This document shows, piece after piece, positions 49,575-58,495 of a stretch of 64,000 nucleotides of DNA. Each line of letters opens with the position of its first letter. Positions within the stretch are counted from its first letter, which is position 1. The stretch spans positions 219,716 to 283,715 of the forward strand of contig CAWBFQ010000003.1 of the NCBI GenBank assembly GCA_963788145.1, given 5' to 3'. This DNA comes from an uncultured Chloroflexia bacterium. GTDB taxonomy: Bacteria > Chloroflexota > Anaerolineae > Anaerolineales > UBA4823. The translations under genes and the position numbers were made by a program. The notes under the pieces are model-generated. The model was not told where the DNA came from. It did not search any database and saw only the letters and a program-made list of their open reading frames with translations.

Positions 49575-49643
49575 CTCTCCAATAACCGCAAACGGTTGCG
49601 TTTGATTGGCGGTTGAATTGATTATAACACTTCGTCTCAGACA

Positions 49644-51647
49644 TCAGCGCTTCAAGCGGCGCTCATCGCCGGAGCGGACGGTCACGCCGATGGCGTCCAG
49701 GTGTTCGAGCAGGGCCAACACATAGCGGCGGGAGGTGTTGAAGTGATCGCGCACCTGAGCGACGGTCAATGCGCCGTTCTGTTGGATCAGTCGGCGCACA
49801 TCCTCCACCATTTTCTCGTAAATTTCTTTACTGAAGACCACGTCTGCGGCAACCAGGACCAGGCGCCCGGTTTCGAGCAACCCGTCGAAGAGTTCTTCTC
49901 CCAGCTCAGCCTGACATTCTTTGACCGAGGGGGGAGAATACGGGTCAGCGGTGAAGCGCTTTAAAATGCTGTCGATACTTTTCTGCTGTACGGTTGTGAA
50001 CTGGATGGTGTGAGTCGGTAGGAAGACCACCGGTCCGGCTTCGTGTATAAGACCCTCCGCCAGCATTTTGCGCATAGCCAGGTTGAACAGGCGCGTCGAG
50101 CCGCGCGTGCTATCCTTGATGCGGCTCTTCAATTCTTCGCGGGCCAGTCCGCGTCGCAGCGGGAAATTGCGATGATACTTTTCTGTCTCTTTCAGCATTC
50201 GCTCGACCAATGACTGCCATTGCGGGTATGCGATCACCAGATCCTCTGGGGAGAAAGTCTCTTTGCCCTCAAGGTTGATGATCTGTGGATGCAAACCATC
50301 CGGCTCGCGCTGCCTCAGCGCCTCAAGCGCTGCAGAAGCCACGCCTTTTTCCAGGTTCGCACGGGAAAACACTTCTTTCAACGGGGCTGCGCCGGTGGAT
50401 AATAGCGCCTGGAACAAAATATCCGCGGGTGTTCCAGTCGAAACCGCTTCCAGGCTGTCCAGCGTGGCTGCGGCAAAACGTTTGTGGCGGCCTTTGGGCT
50501 GTGGGTCCACAACACTGCCGCCACCCAGCGTCTCGCCCGGGGATGGTCGGCGCAAGATGTAGCGATCGCCGCGCGCCACGACCACCGGATGCTGCAGCTC
50601 GAGCTGCAGCCAACCCTGCTGGCCCGGCAGCAGTTCGTCCATCCCCAGCAGTCGGACCCTGGCAACCACTTCTGCTGTCCCGATGAATAATTTTACTTCG
50701 GTGTTGTGTTTCAATGGCTCAAGGTCATCCAACAGTTTAAAGGTCACGTCCATCCTGCCGGTGGCGTGGTAATCACCTGGATGGGCGAGCAGGTCGCCTC
50801 TGCGAATTTCTTCAAGTGCGATCCCAGAGATATTAACTGCCGTCCGGCTGCCGGGGACTGCGACCTGTTCTTTTTGCTTATGAGTTTGCAAACCGCGCAC
50901 ACGTCCACGCAGGCCGCCGGGGAGGACCTCGATTTCATCGCCCACGTGTAATTGACCATCTGTGAGTGTGCCGGTCACCACTGTGCCAAACCCGGCCATG
51001 GTAAAGACCCGATCAACCGGCAGGCGCGGTTTGTTCAAATCCAGGCGTGGAGGCCGTTCTGCCAAAACATCCCGCAGGCGCAATTTCAGTTCGTCCAGGC
51101 CGAAACCGCTGCGGGCAGAGACGCGCACAATCGGGGCATCTTCCAGCACGCTGCCCTGCAGCGCCTGTTGGACATCCAACTCAACCAGATCGAGCCAGTC
51201 CGGGTCGTCGATCATGTCGACTTTGGTCAGGGCGACCACACCGCCCTGGATTTGGAGGATATTCAAGATCGCGAGATGCTCGCGGGTTTGAGGCATCACG
51301 CCCTCGTCAGCTGCGACCACAAATAGAGCCGCGTCAATCCCGCCAACCCCGGCGAGCATATTCTCGATAAAATCGCGATGCCCGGGCACGTCCACAATCC
51401 CGATCTCCTCGGATTCTCCGCCGGATGTCATTGCGAGGGACGAGGCAACCCCGGATGGATTGTATCCGCCGGATGTCATTGCGAGGGACGAAGCAATCCC
51501 GGGTAAGGTCATCCAGGCAAAGCCCAATTCAATCGTCATCTCGCGCTCGCGTTCTTCTTTCAACCGATCTGGATGAGTGCCGCTGAGCGCCTCAATCAGC
51601 GTCGATTTGCCATGATCCACATGACCGGCTGTTCCAATGACGTGCAT
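49644..51647 (-). CDS. selB: Selenocysteine-specific translation elongation factor
   Basis: Starts MHVIGTAGHVDHGKSTLIEALSGTHPDRLKEEREREMTIELGF and includes VDVPGH and ALTKVD. EF-Tu-like domains II and III are followed by a long C-terminal winged-helix region (...LTVAQVRDHFNTSRRYVLALLEHLDAIGVT). Confidence 0.85.
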   Translation of the reverse strand: MHVIGTAGHVDHGKSTLIEALSGTHPDRLKEEREREMTIELGFAWMTLPGIASSLAMTSGGYNPSGVASSLAMTSGGESEEIGIVDVPGHRDFIENMLAGVGGIDAALFVVAADEGVMPQTREHLAILNILQIQGGVVALTKVDMIDDPDWLDLVELDVQQALQGSVLEDAPIVRVSARSGFGLDELKLRLRDVLAERPPRLDLNKPRLPVDRVFTMAGFGTVVTGTLTDGQLHVGDEIEVLPGGLRGRVRGLQTHKQKEQVAVPGSRTAVNISGIALEEIRRGDLLAHPGDYHATGRMDVTFKLLDDLEPLKHNTEVKLFIGTAEVVARVRLLGMDELLPGQQGWLQLELQHPVVVARGDRYILRRPSPGETLGGGSVVDPQPKGRHKRFAAATLDSLEAVSTGTPADILFQALLSTGAAPLKEVFSRANLEKGVASAALEALRQREPDGLHPQIINLEGKETFSPEDLVIAYPQWQSLVERMLKETEKYHRNFPLRRGLAREELKSRIKDSTRGSTRLFNLAMRKMLAEGLIHEAGPVVFLPTHTIQFTTVQQKSIDSILKRFTADPYSPPSVKECQAELGEELFDGLLETGRLVLVAADVVFSKEIYEKMVEDVRRLIQQNGALTVAQVRDHFNTSRRYVLALLEHLDAIGVTVRSGDERRLKR
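51417..51502. repeat. Two copies (51417-51454 and 51465-51502, 36/38 identical, 48-bp period) of a palindromic GC-rich element, in frame inside selB
   Basis: Plus strand reads TCCGCCGGATGTCATTGCGAGGGACGA(G/A)GCAA(C/T)CCCGG. Each copy contains ATTGC...GCAAT arms and encodes (I/V)ASSLAMTSGG twice. Confidence 0.85.
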
Positions 51648-51669
51648 GTTATTTCCTCCTCCGGCGCTT

Positions 51670-52848
51670 TCAGCGAGCTCGTCCTACCGTCCGCTCGTAA
51701 GAGGATACCCATTCATGCGTCATCGCGAGCAGGGATTGCAATCGTTTCTCGGTGTGCTCATTGACCTGCTGCAACATATCCTGGATTTCTTGGATCTCGT
51801 CTTCGATGTTGACAACTTTATCTGCCAGTTTTTCATGTTGACGTTGGGCTTCATTACGTTGTTCGTCCATGGTTAAAATGTAATTGGTCCAACGCTTTTG
51901 ATCGTCGGCTTTAAAGGTAGTCCATTCCTGACGAAACCGTTCTTCTGCTAGGCGTTGGATCTCAGAGATTTCGTTAATTCTGCGCTCCACTTTTTGGGTC
52001 AGCTCTTCGATGGTTTGCACGAAGCGCTTCACTGTTCGATGAGTGGTATCCAAAGTCTGTAATGAGGATTCGATCTCGGTGGCCTGGCTTTCCACCTGCT
52101 CAAAGCGGGTTTGCCATTCCTTCCAGAGCCGCTCGCGATCTACTTCCCGAAGTTCCTGGCTGTTCAAGAAATTCGAGATCGCTTCACGCCGCTCGGTCTC
52201 GACAGCGTTCAGTTCGTTCAAGCGAGTTTCCAGTTTCTTATTTGCAACGATAACCAGTTCCAACCGTCCACCTTGTTCGTCGGCTTTTTTTCGAGTGGCG
52301 GAGGCTTCTCCAGCCAGGTCGGTGATTCGCTCAGAATCCTGACGGCGTCCATCTTCCAGCACCCGGATGGATCGCACATATTCTTCATCGCTGCGGCGCA
52401 TGCTTTCCACTCGATTGCGGACCTCATCAATCAAACGACCCAGGCGCAATTCTTCTTCAACCCGGTTCTTAATATTGCGTTTTACTTCGGGGAACTGATC
52501 AACTTCTTTACGAATATCTGCGATGCTGGTTTCCAGAGAGCGCTGATCCGCCCGGCGGAGCTTTTCTGTCTCATCTTCACGTTTTTTGCTGAATTTCTCC
52601 AACGACTCAAATTGTTGCTTGGTTTCGACTCGGATCTGTAAAAGCGCCTCATCCATCTCATCAAACCGGGTCAGGATCGCGCCGAACCTGGCAATCTGAC
52701 CTTCTATTTCAATATTGCGTTTTTCTAATGGCAGGATTTTCCCCTCCAGCTCTTTGAGATGTTCTTCCATCGAGCTGATTTGTAACTTATCTTTACGGCG
52801 CTCTTCATCCAACCAATTCACTTGTTTACTGATTTGTTCGAATTCCAT
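51670..52848 (-). CDS. Coiled-coil protein of unknown function
   Basis: 392 aa, rich in E/R/K/L/Q with heptad-like periodicity throughout. It has no TM segment and I recognise no enzymatic motif. Confidence 0.6.
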   Translation of the reverse strand: MEFEQISKQVNWLDEERRKDKLQISSMEEHLKELEGKILPLEKRNIEIEGQIARFGAILTRFDEMDEALLQIRVETKQQFESLEKFSKKREDETEKLRRADQRSLETSIADIRKEVDQFPEVKRNIKNRVEEELRLGRLIDEVRNRVESMRRSDEEYVRSIRVLEDGRRQDSERITDLAGEASATRKKADEQGGRLELVIVANKKLETRLNELNAVETERREAISNFLNSQELREVDRERLWKEWQTRFEQVESQATEIESSLQTLDTTHRTVKRFVQTIEELTQKVERRINEISEIQRLAEERFRQEWTTFKADDQKRWTNYILTMDEQRNEAQRQHEKLADKVVNIEDEIQEIQDMLQQVNEHTEKRLQSLLAMTHEWVSSYERTVGRAR

Positions 52849-52910
52849 CGAAATTTCTCCTGGTTGCAGGCGGTGATACGGTCCGAGATTAATTTCGGAG
52901 CAGATGATAG

Positions 52911-52919
52911 ATTATAGCA
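52911..52919 (-). promoter_or_regulatory. Extended -10 element TGCTATAAT (minus strand) upstream of the coiled-coil gene
   Basis: Read from the sequence. A 7-bp hairpin or palindrome at 52883-52898 lies between it and the AGGAGA ribosome-binding site. Confidence 0.35.
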
Positions 52920-52934
52920 TGCAGCCCAACCTGA

Positions 52935-54428
52935 TTAGGGGATTGGATTTGTCACCGAAAGTGCGATTTTGGTAAGATAAGGAAGATAGAGATTTGGTAT
53001 CAGGCCTAAGATCAGGATCGCAAGGATGCCCACACCGAGCAGAAGCGCCTGCAGCCCGGTTTCCGAGATTTTCCAGGTCTCTGTTTCACTCTTCTCGATC
53101 AATGCATTGAAAATGCGCGCCCCGCTCAAGAACAAAAAGCCGCTCCCCAATAGGCTGAATGCAGCCAACAGGATGGATGCTCTCACCAGGTTGGACCACA
53201 ATGGCAGATATATAGGGAAGCTTGCTAGAACTGGTAGCCCCCCCAGCGATAACAGGCTGACCAGCATGCCAGTCGAGGCGAATGGGTATTGACGGATGAT
53301 CCCGCGAATATCCTGGATTTGAAGGTCTGTGTCTTGATTTGGCCTGGGTAGTTGTTTTTGGAGCACGCTGAGCGATAACGCCAGCACGGCCAGACTTACC
53401 CCCGCAGGTAAGAAATGGGCGAAAAATAATCCCGCAAAAGGCGAATTCGCAGACGCATCTTGGATGGTATGCAGGCTCTGCGCCTCAACGAAGGCCAGGC
53501 TGTCACCTGTCTCAGCGCTCAGCGCTAACAGAGCAAATCCAATCTGGTGCATGATTACAAAACCGATCATTTTTCCCAGATGGTTTTCAAGCGCGGCCCA
53601 TACACCGCCCAAAAAAATCATCATTACGGCGGTGATCTGCAGGATGTTAAAGAAAGTCGGAAAAATCGTGCGGATGTCCAGGCGCAGCATGGTTGTCAGG
53701 ATTAGGTAGGCGTTGGCGGCAGGGAGCAAAAACAATACATATGTCGAGCTGTACGGTTCTGATTTTTCGGATATCAACGATACCCATGTGTGGAATGGAA
53801 AAATGGGCAGTACCAACCCATATCCTAATCCAAGCACAAACGCAGGCACGGTCAAATCGATTTGCAGCTCCGATTGGATTGTCGCTAAAAGGATTGACAA
53901 ATTGGCTAAAAAAATTAATCCCATCCCCAGGGTTTGAAAGGTGAGAAATCGACGAACACCACGCTGTAAAGGTCGCCCAGGAGGCGAAAAGATCGGGATG
54001 CAAACAATCGCAGCCAGAAGGATCAATAAATTGGCATAAATGTTGGGGGTGATCGAAAATGCTGCGCTCAGAATCCCAGCGACTCCCAATCCAAGCGGGA
54101 TCAGCAAACGATTGAGGCGCGAAACATAAGCTCCACCGAACCAGGCAACAGATGCCAGATAAAGCAGGACCAGCATGGGTCGGGTATGCTCCTCGATCGT
54201 CAGACGAGCGCCAAGCCAAGGAATGGAACCTTTTATAAAGACGGGAGGTATTTGGCTCCAAATCCGAATAGGAATCGCTTGCCCGATCGGCAGCGCTAGG
54301 GCAAGGATCGTCAATAGAATTGCAATCAGCAGACCTACCAAGTGGGTTGTTTTTTCCCATCTCCGAAGCAGATAGAGCCCACCGCTTGCGATTAAAGGGA
54401 AGAAAATCCAGATGAACGCGGCGCTCAT
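52935..54428 (-). CDS. Diverged complex-I/Mrp antiporter-like membrane subunit (NuoN/NuoM-like, Proton_antipo_M type)
   Basis: ORF track 52935..54497. I prefer ATG 54428, which overlaps the upstream stop as ATGA. The blocks PIFPFHTWV and AALENHLGKMIGFVIMHQIGFALLAL resemble the PFH.W.P and Q.d.KR.LAYSSI.H.G motifs of this family. Confidence 0.55.
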   Translation of the reverse strand: MSAAFIWIFFPLIASGGLYLLRRWEKTTHLVGLLIAILLTILALALPIGQAIPIRIWSQIPPVFIKGSIPWLGARLTIEEHTRPMLVLLYLASVAWFGGAYVSRLNRLLIPLGLGVAGILSAAFSITPNIYANLLILLAAIVCIPIFSPPGRPLQRGVRRFLTFQTLGMGLIFLANLSILLATIQSELQIDLTVPAFVLGLGYGLVLPIFPFHTWVSLISEKSEPYSSTYVLFLLPAANAYLILTTMLRLDIRTIFPTFFNILQITAVMMIFLGGVWAALENHLGKMIGFVIMHQIGFALLALSAETGDSLAFVEAQSLHTIQDASANSPFAGLFFAHFLPAGVSLAVLALSLSVLQKQLPRPNQDTDLQIQDIRGIIRQYPFASTGMLVSLLSLGGLPVLASFPIYLPLWSNLVRASILLAAFSLLGSGFLFLSGARIFNALIEKSETETWKISETGLQALLLGVGILAILILGLIPNLYLPYLTKIALSVTNPIP

Positions 54429-55051
54429 TCGGTTTCCTTCATAAATGGCGCCAAGAAAAGATAAGAACCGGCAAGGGCGATGAACAGTGTCACGCATGCC
54501 AGCAACCCCACCGCAAGCCGGGTTGAGGTTAACCCCGAATATAAGATTTCAAACCCCGAAAATATCGTCAGCACAGCGATGGTTGTGGCGATGGGATGCG
54601 GGTTGATAGCCAGATGGATCAATCCCAGGCCGGATAAAAGCAAAGCCACCCAGCCCTGCAGAGGATCTAAGGTTGGGATCCATAGGTTGACTTGTGGGGC
54701 GAAGGATAAAGCTGCCAGGATGATGATGGCTGAGATTAGCAGATTAAAAAACGAACTGGTCAGGCGCGGCTTCTCCTTGAAGGGCTGGGTTGGGTTTCTT
54801 GCATCATACGATTCAGATAGCAAGGGCTGATTACTAAGAGCCAACGCAAGAACGACACCGGCCACCCATCCCGCCAACAAGAAAGTGAGCGCCAAAGGCA
54901 GCGCCCATTCAAGCGAGATGAGAAAGAAAACTCCAAGATATTGACCAGCTAACAAGCCGATGCTCAGGCGTTGGTTCAATATCGAGAGCATTGCGAGGGA
55001 TATGACAGAAGTTAAACTGACAATTACCCATTCTACAATTAACTGGCTCAA
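54425..55051 (-). CDS. Integral membrane protein (about 6 helices), unknown family
   Basis: 208 aa and hydrophobic. It sits between the two antiporter-like genes with 3-4 nt spacings or overlaps. Confidence 0.5.
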   Translation of the reverse strand: MSQLIVEWVIVSLTSVISLAMLSILNQRLSIGLLAGQYLGVFFLISLEWALPLALTFLLAGWVAGVVLALALSNQPLLSESYDARNPTQPFKEKPRLTSSFFNLLISAIIILAALSFAPQVNLWIPTLDPLQGWVALLLSGLGLIHLAINPHPIATTIAVLTIFSGFEILYSGLTSTRLAVGLLACVTLFIALAGSYLFLAPFMKETE

Positions 55052-55054
55052 AAC

Positions 55055-56713
55055 TCAGCCTCCTGATCCAATACGGGATGGAACGCCGCTTTGGGTAAAT
55101 AAAGTGAGCAGTAAAACCAGAAGCAGGAATGCCCAGATCAGCCCCGCCTGACCTTCTAATAATTGATTGGGCAGACGGATCAGTCTTCCAACTCCCCTTA
55201 ATAACAACCCCATTAGCCTAAATAACCATCTTAGTTGCAGGAAATCAACCAGAGCGGGAATCCATTTCTGGATGAAGGAAAGTTTGAGGTTGAGAAGCGT
55301 ATTCAATCCGATGGCGATGAATAAGGTCACAACGCCGGTCATCAACCCGGTAAAATTCTTTGTCAGCTTATAGAAAGCAGGATCCAGTTTGGCGCTAGCC
55401 CAAGGAAGCCCGATCAGCGCCGCAAACAACAATATCAATCCGCTGATATAAAGCAACAACAGCCATCGTTCAGGCTCCGAAGTAGCTGAAGCAGGCTTGT
55501 AGGCTTGTTGCAGGAATCCCGCTACCATTAGACCATGCCCAAACAGGAGCAGGATCGCTCCAATGGAAATGGGAGAGTACAGCGCGGAGAACTGCCATGT
55601 GGGCGTGAAAGCCAGGCCTGTCAGGCATATGGCTACGATCCAGAAAAAACGGGTTAAAAGTGAGGTTTGACGGAATATTGCTGCAGCATACTTCCAGCCA
55701 GCAGCATCGAAATCCCGATCACTTGCGCTGCGCCGGGTTGCTGTCTGATAGCTGCGGCTGTCGCAAGCGCACCGCCTCCGATGACCCAATAGATCGTTCC
55801 TTCTAGTGGATCGTCTCGATTTGCAACCAGGCCAAGACCAGCAAAAAACAATGCCAAGATCGCAGCCGCCAGCAGTAAGCCTGGGCTGGATGTGAGCACT
55901 CCTGTTTGGCTAACCCTGACGAGCAGCGCTAATGCTGGAGCGTTGGTGGCGATTTTAAGGATGGATTCCAGCGGCTCTGTAGTATCAATTTGCCTGGTGT
56001 GAGCTTGGAATGGAGGATATAGGCCGATCCGCAGCATGGCTGCCAGGATCAGGAATAGCGTCACCTGAGGGCTTAGTGTGGTCAGGAACCAACCGTTTGT
56101 GATTTGTATAGAATCTGGTGTGGCAGTGGGTGGGGATAAACCGTTGGACAGGATGGCAGCCCAGGTGATCAAACTCAGACTGGTGAGGCGAGTGATGAAC
56201 CAACCTGACAGGTTTTTGTCATTAAGATCGGATTGCACACTGGCAGTGTATATGATTAATTCACATAGATCGACAATTGCCCAGGTGATCAGCAGGCTGA
56301 TCAGGTGAGCGCCTGGCAACCGCCAACAACAGGAACGAGGTCAAAATGGCGCCGCTAGCTAGTTTCCCAGGGGACAGATTGGATTGGCTAGTGCGTCCGA
56401 TTCGGACAACGCCGGTCAGTAAGGATGCCAGCCAAATAGTAATGGTGGTAACGGAAAAGCTCCAGGCGATTTGGTCAAATACCCAGGTTAATTGGATGGG
56501 GAGAAAAACAGCCGGTTCCCATTGAATACTCTTAACTACAATAGGTAAGAGCGACCCCGTCCATAACTGTACCACCCATGCAGATGCTGCGCCGACCACC
56601 ATCACCAACCAGTAATAACGAAATCCCGGCAGGAACAGCCGGATCACTAACAGACTAAGCGCTGTCAAGAGAAGGATGGCCATCGGTAGCATTGCGATCA
56701 CGAGTTCACTCAT
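55055..56713 (-). pseudogene. Diverged complex-I/Mrp antiporter-like membrane subunit (NuoL/M-like), broken by 2 frame shifts
   Basis: The pieces are 56261..56752 (start moved to ATG 56713, MSELVIAMLP), 55654..56319 and 55055..55789. Family-like blocks include LTWVFDQIAWSFSVTTITIWLASLL and LLITWAIVDLCELII. The frames join across the overlaps. Confidence 0.5.
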
Positions 56714-56755
56714 CCAGGCGCCAATCCGATCCGAGTTTGAAATCGCCGGCAATCC

Positions 56756-58492
56756 TCAGCGCAGCGCAGGTGGAAGCCAGCGTGCGCTGTTCGGATCGGT
56801 ATCGCCATAATCCGCAAGATCGAACCACTTACCGTCTTCGATCGAGAAATAAGACATTGCTTCATCCGTTCCAATTGCGAGAAATCCGCTGTGATCCGGC
56901 GCCCACAGGATATCTTGCATATCCCAGATCAATTTAGCAAAAGGCGTTAGAGAACCATTTCTCAGGTCGAACCTGAATAGAACAGGCTGGCGATCTGAGT
57001 TCAAGATCCTGGCGCTGAGCATGAGTTTCCCAGGTTCCATTGGTTGCAGCCATTCAAAGTAAAACACCGGATTCGATCCCGGAGAGAGTTCCTTCTCACT
57101 GAGAACCTCGCTCATCTGGTTGAGCAGCATTTCTGATTTAATCCGAAATGGTTTGCCAGGGATTAACAAAGATGTATGGGTAGGAACGACTTGCCATAAC
57201 TGAATAGCAGGCTCTGAAACACCAATCGGCTGTTGATTTTGGTCGGGGTTGCTGGCGCGAGCAACAGCAAGGGTACCATCCTCCAACCAGCTCAAGCTTG
57301 CGTCGGTTTCCAGGATCTGATAAGTGTCCATCACCTGAATGATCCGCCTGGTCGATACATCCAGGACAGCCTGCCAGCGTACATTGGATTGTTTTGGAGA
57401 GACTTCCACCAGAACAAAGCGGCCTTTTGGAGACCAAAGCGGTGAGGATAGCCAGGCCTCGATCTCGCTTGGCTTTCCTGCGGGATCCAGGATGGGCACA
57501 ATGCCGGGGTTAATTTGATCCGCGCCGAAACGGGTATCGCCATCGCCAGAAAGATCAACCATCCATATCCCGCGTTGATCGGTCCAGAGGAGGCTTTTAC
57601 TGTCTGGCGACCAGTTTAATACAGAACAGCTTAGGTTCTTGTGTTCCAGACAGGATCCAAATTCTGTGATTTGTTCTGGATGCGCGATCGGAAAAGCCAG
57701 CACATTTTCTTCTTCAAGCGGTTGAGAATATGCAAGCCATTTTCCATCGGGGGAGAGGGCGATATTTCCGATATTGGAAGCATCTTCGAGCAAATGAGCA
57801 ATTTGCATGGTTTCGAGGTTCAGCAGATCTAAATCGTACAATTTTGCCCCATGCGCGGTTCCCCCACGATTACGAAGTAGTGCGATTTGGTCTCCAACAG
57901 CATTGGGCGAAAACTCGATGACGTATTCCGCTAAAGCGACGCCAAAATGGGTCAAATGGTCCCAGCGAATCAGTCTTTGACCTGATAGAAACAGCAAATC
58001 ACTGGATAGAGCGTGCGATGGTTTACGAGCCATCGCGTGACTTGTAGGGATGGGAGAGATCGTTGCGATCGGAGTTGCTGCAAGCGACAGCAAACCGGGG
58101 GTGCGTGGTTCTGGTGGATCGATTCGCTCTTCTTGAGGCCCCGAGGTCATTCCTGGGGTTGCCATTTTCTGCGATGGAAGTGGAGATGAGATGGCAATTC
58201 CCGTTTGAACCTGTAGTTCGGTGGAGCCATTGTGGATAGGCTCGATTGCAAACCCGCAAGCAGATAAGCCCAAGGTCAAGACAAGAGCAAAGCAGCAGCC
58301 CGTTATCAGCGGGCTGCGATGGTAATGGCGAGGTTGAACAAGGGTGGATATCAACCATTTGATGGAATGTAACCATCCAACGGATAGCACACATCCAGCG
58401 GATAAAAAACACCCGATCGAGCGTTTATTTATTGTATGCAACAAAGATTCTTCCTGAATATGTAATGATCCAGATGCCCAATGATTTAGCAT
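56756..58492 (-). CDS. Lipoprotein with PD40/TolB-like beta-propeller repeats
   Basis: The lipobox is LTLGLSACG. Repeated motifs are LSPDGKWLAY, WSPDSKSLLW, WSPKGRFVLV and WAPDHSGFLA. Confidence 0.6.
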   Translation of the reverse strand: MLNHWASGSLHIQEESLLHTINKRSIGCFLSAGCVLSVGWLHSIKWLISTLVQPRHYHRSPLITGCCFALVLTLGLSACGFAIEPIHNGSTELQVQTGIAISSPLPSQKMATPGMTSGPQEERIDPPEPRTPGLLSLAATPIATISPIPTSHAMARKPSHALSSDLLFLSGQRLIRWDHLTHFGVALAEYVIEFSPNAVGDQIALLRNRGGTAHGAKLYDLDLLNLETMQIAHLLEDASNIGNIALSPDGKWLAYSQPLEEENVLAFPIAHPEQITEFGSCLEHKNLSCSVLNWSPDSKSLLWTDQRGIWMVDLSGDGDTRFGADQINPGIVPILDPAGKPSEIEAWLSSPLWSPKGRFVLVEVSPKQSNVRWQAVLDVSTRRIIQVMDTYQILETDASLSWLEDGTLAVARASNPDQNQQPIGVSEPAIQLWQVVPTHTSLLIPGKPFRIKSEMLLNQMSEVLSEKELSPGSNPVFYFEWLQPMEPGKLMLSARILNSDRQPVLFRFDLRNGSLTPFAKLIWDMQDILWAPDHSGFLAIGTDEAMSYFSIEDGKWFDLADYGDTDPNSARWLPPALR

Positions 58493-58495
58493 ATA

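Noticed and set aside
54989-55000. A third copy of the selB repeat (12-mer CATTGCGAGGGA inside the 208-aa membrane gene)
   Set aside because: Only 12 nt match and the flanks diverge. It sits in an ordinary hydrophobic coding context (ISLAMLS). This is compatible with chance or codon convergence.
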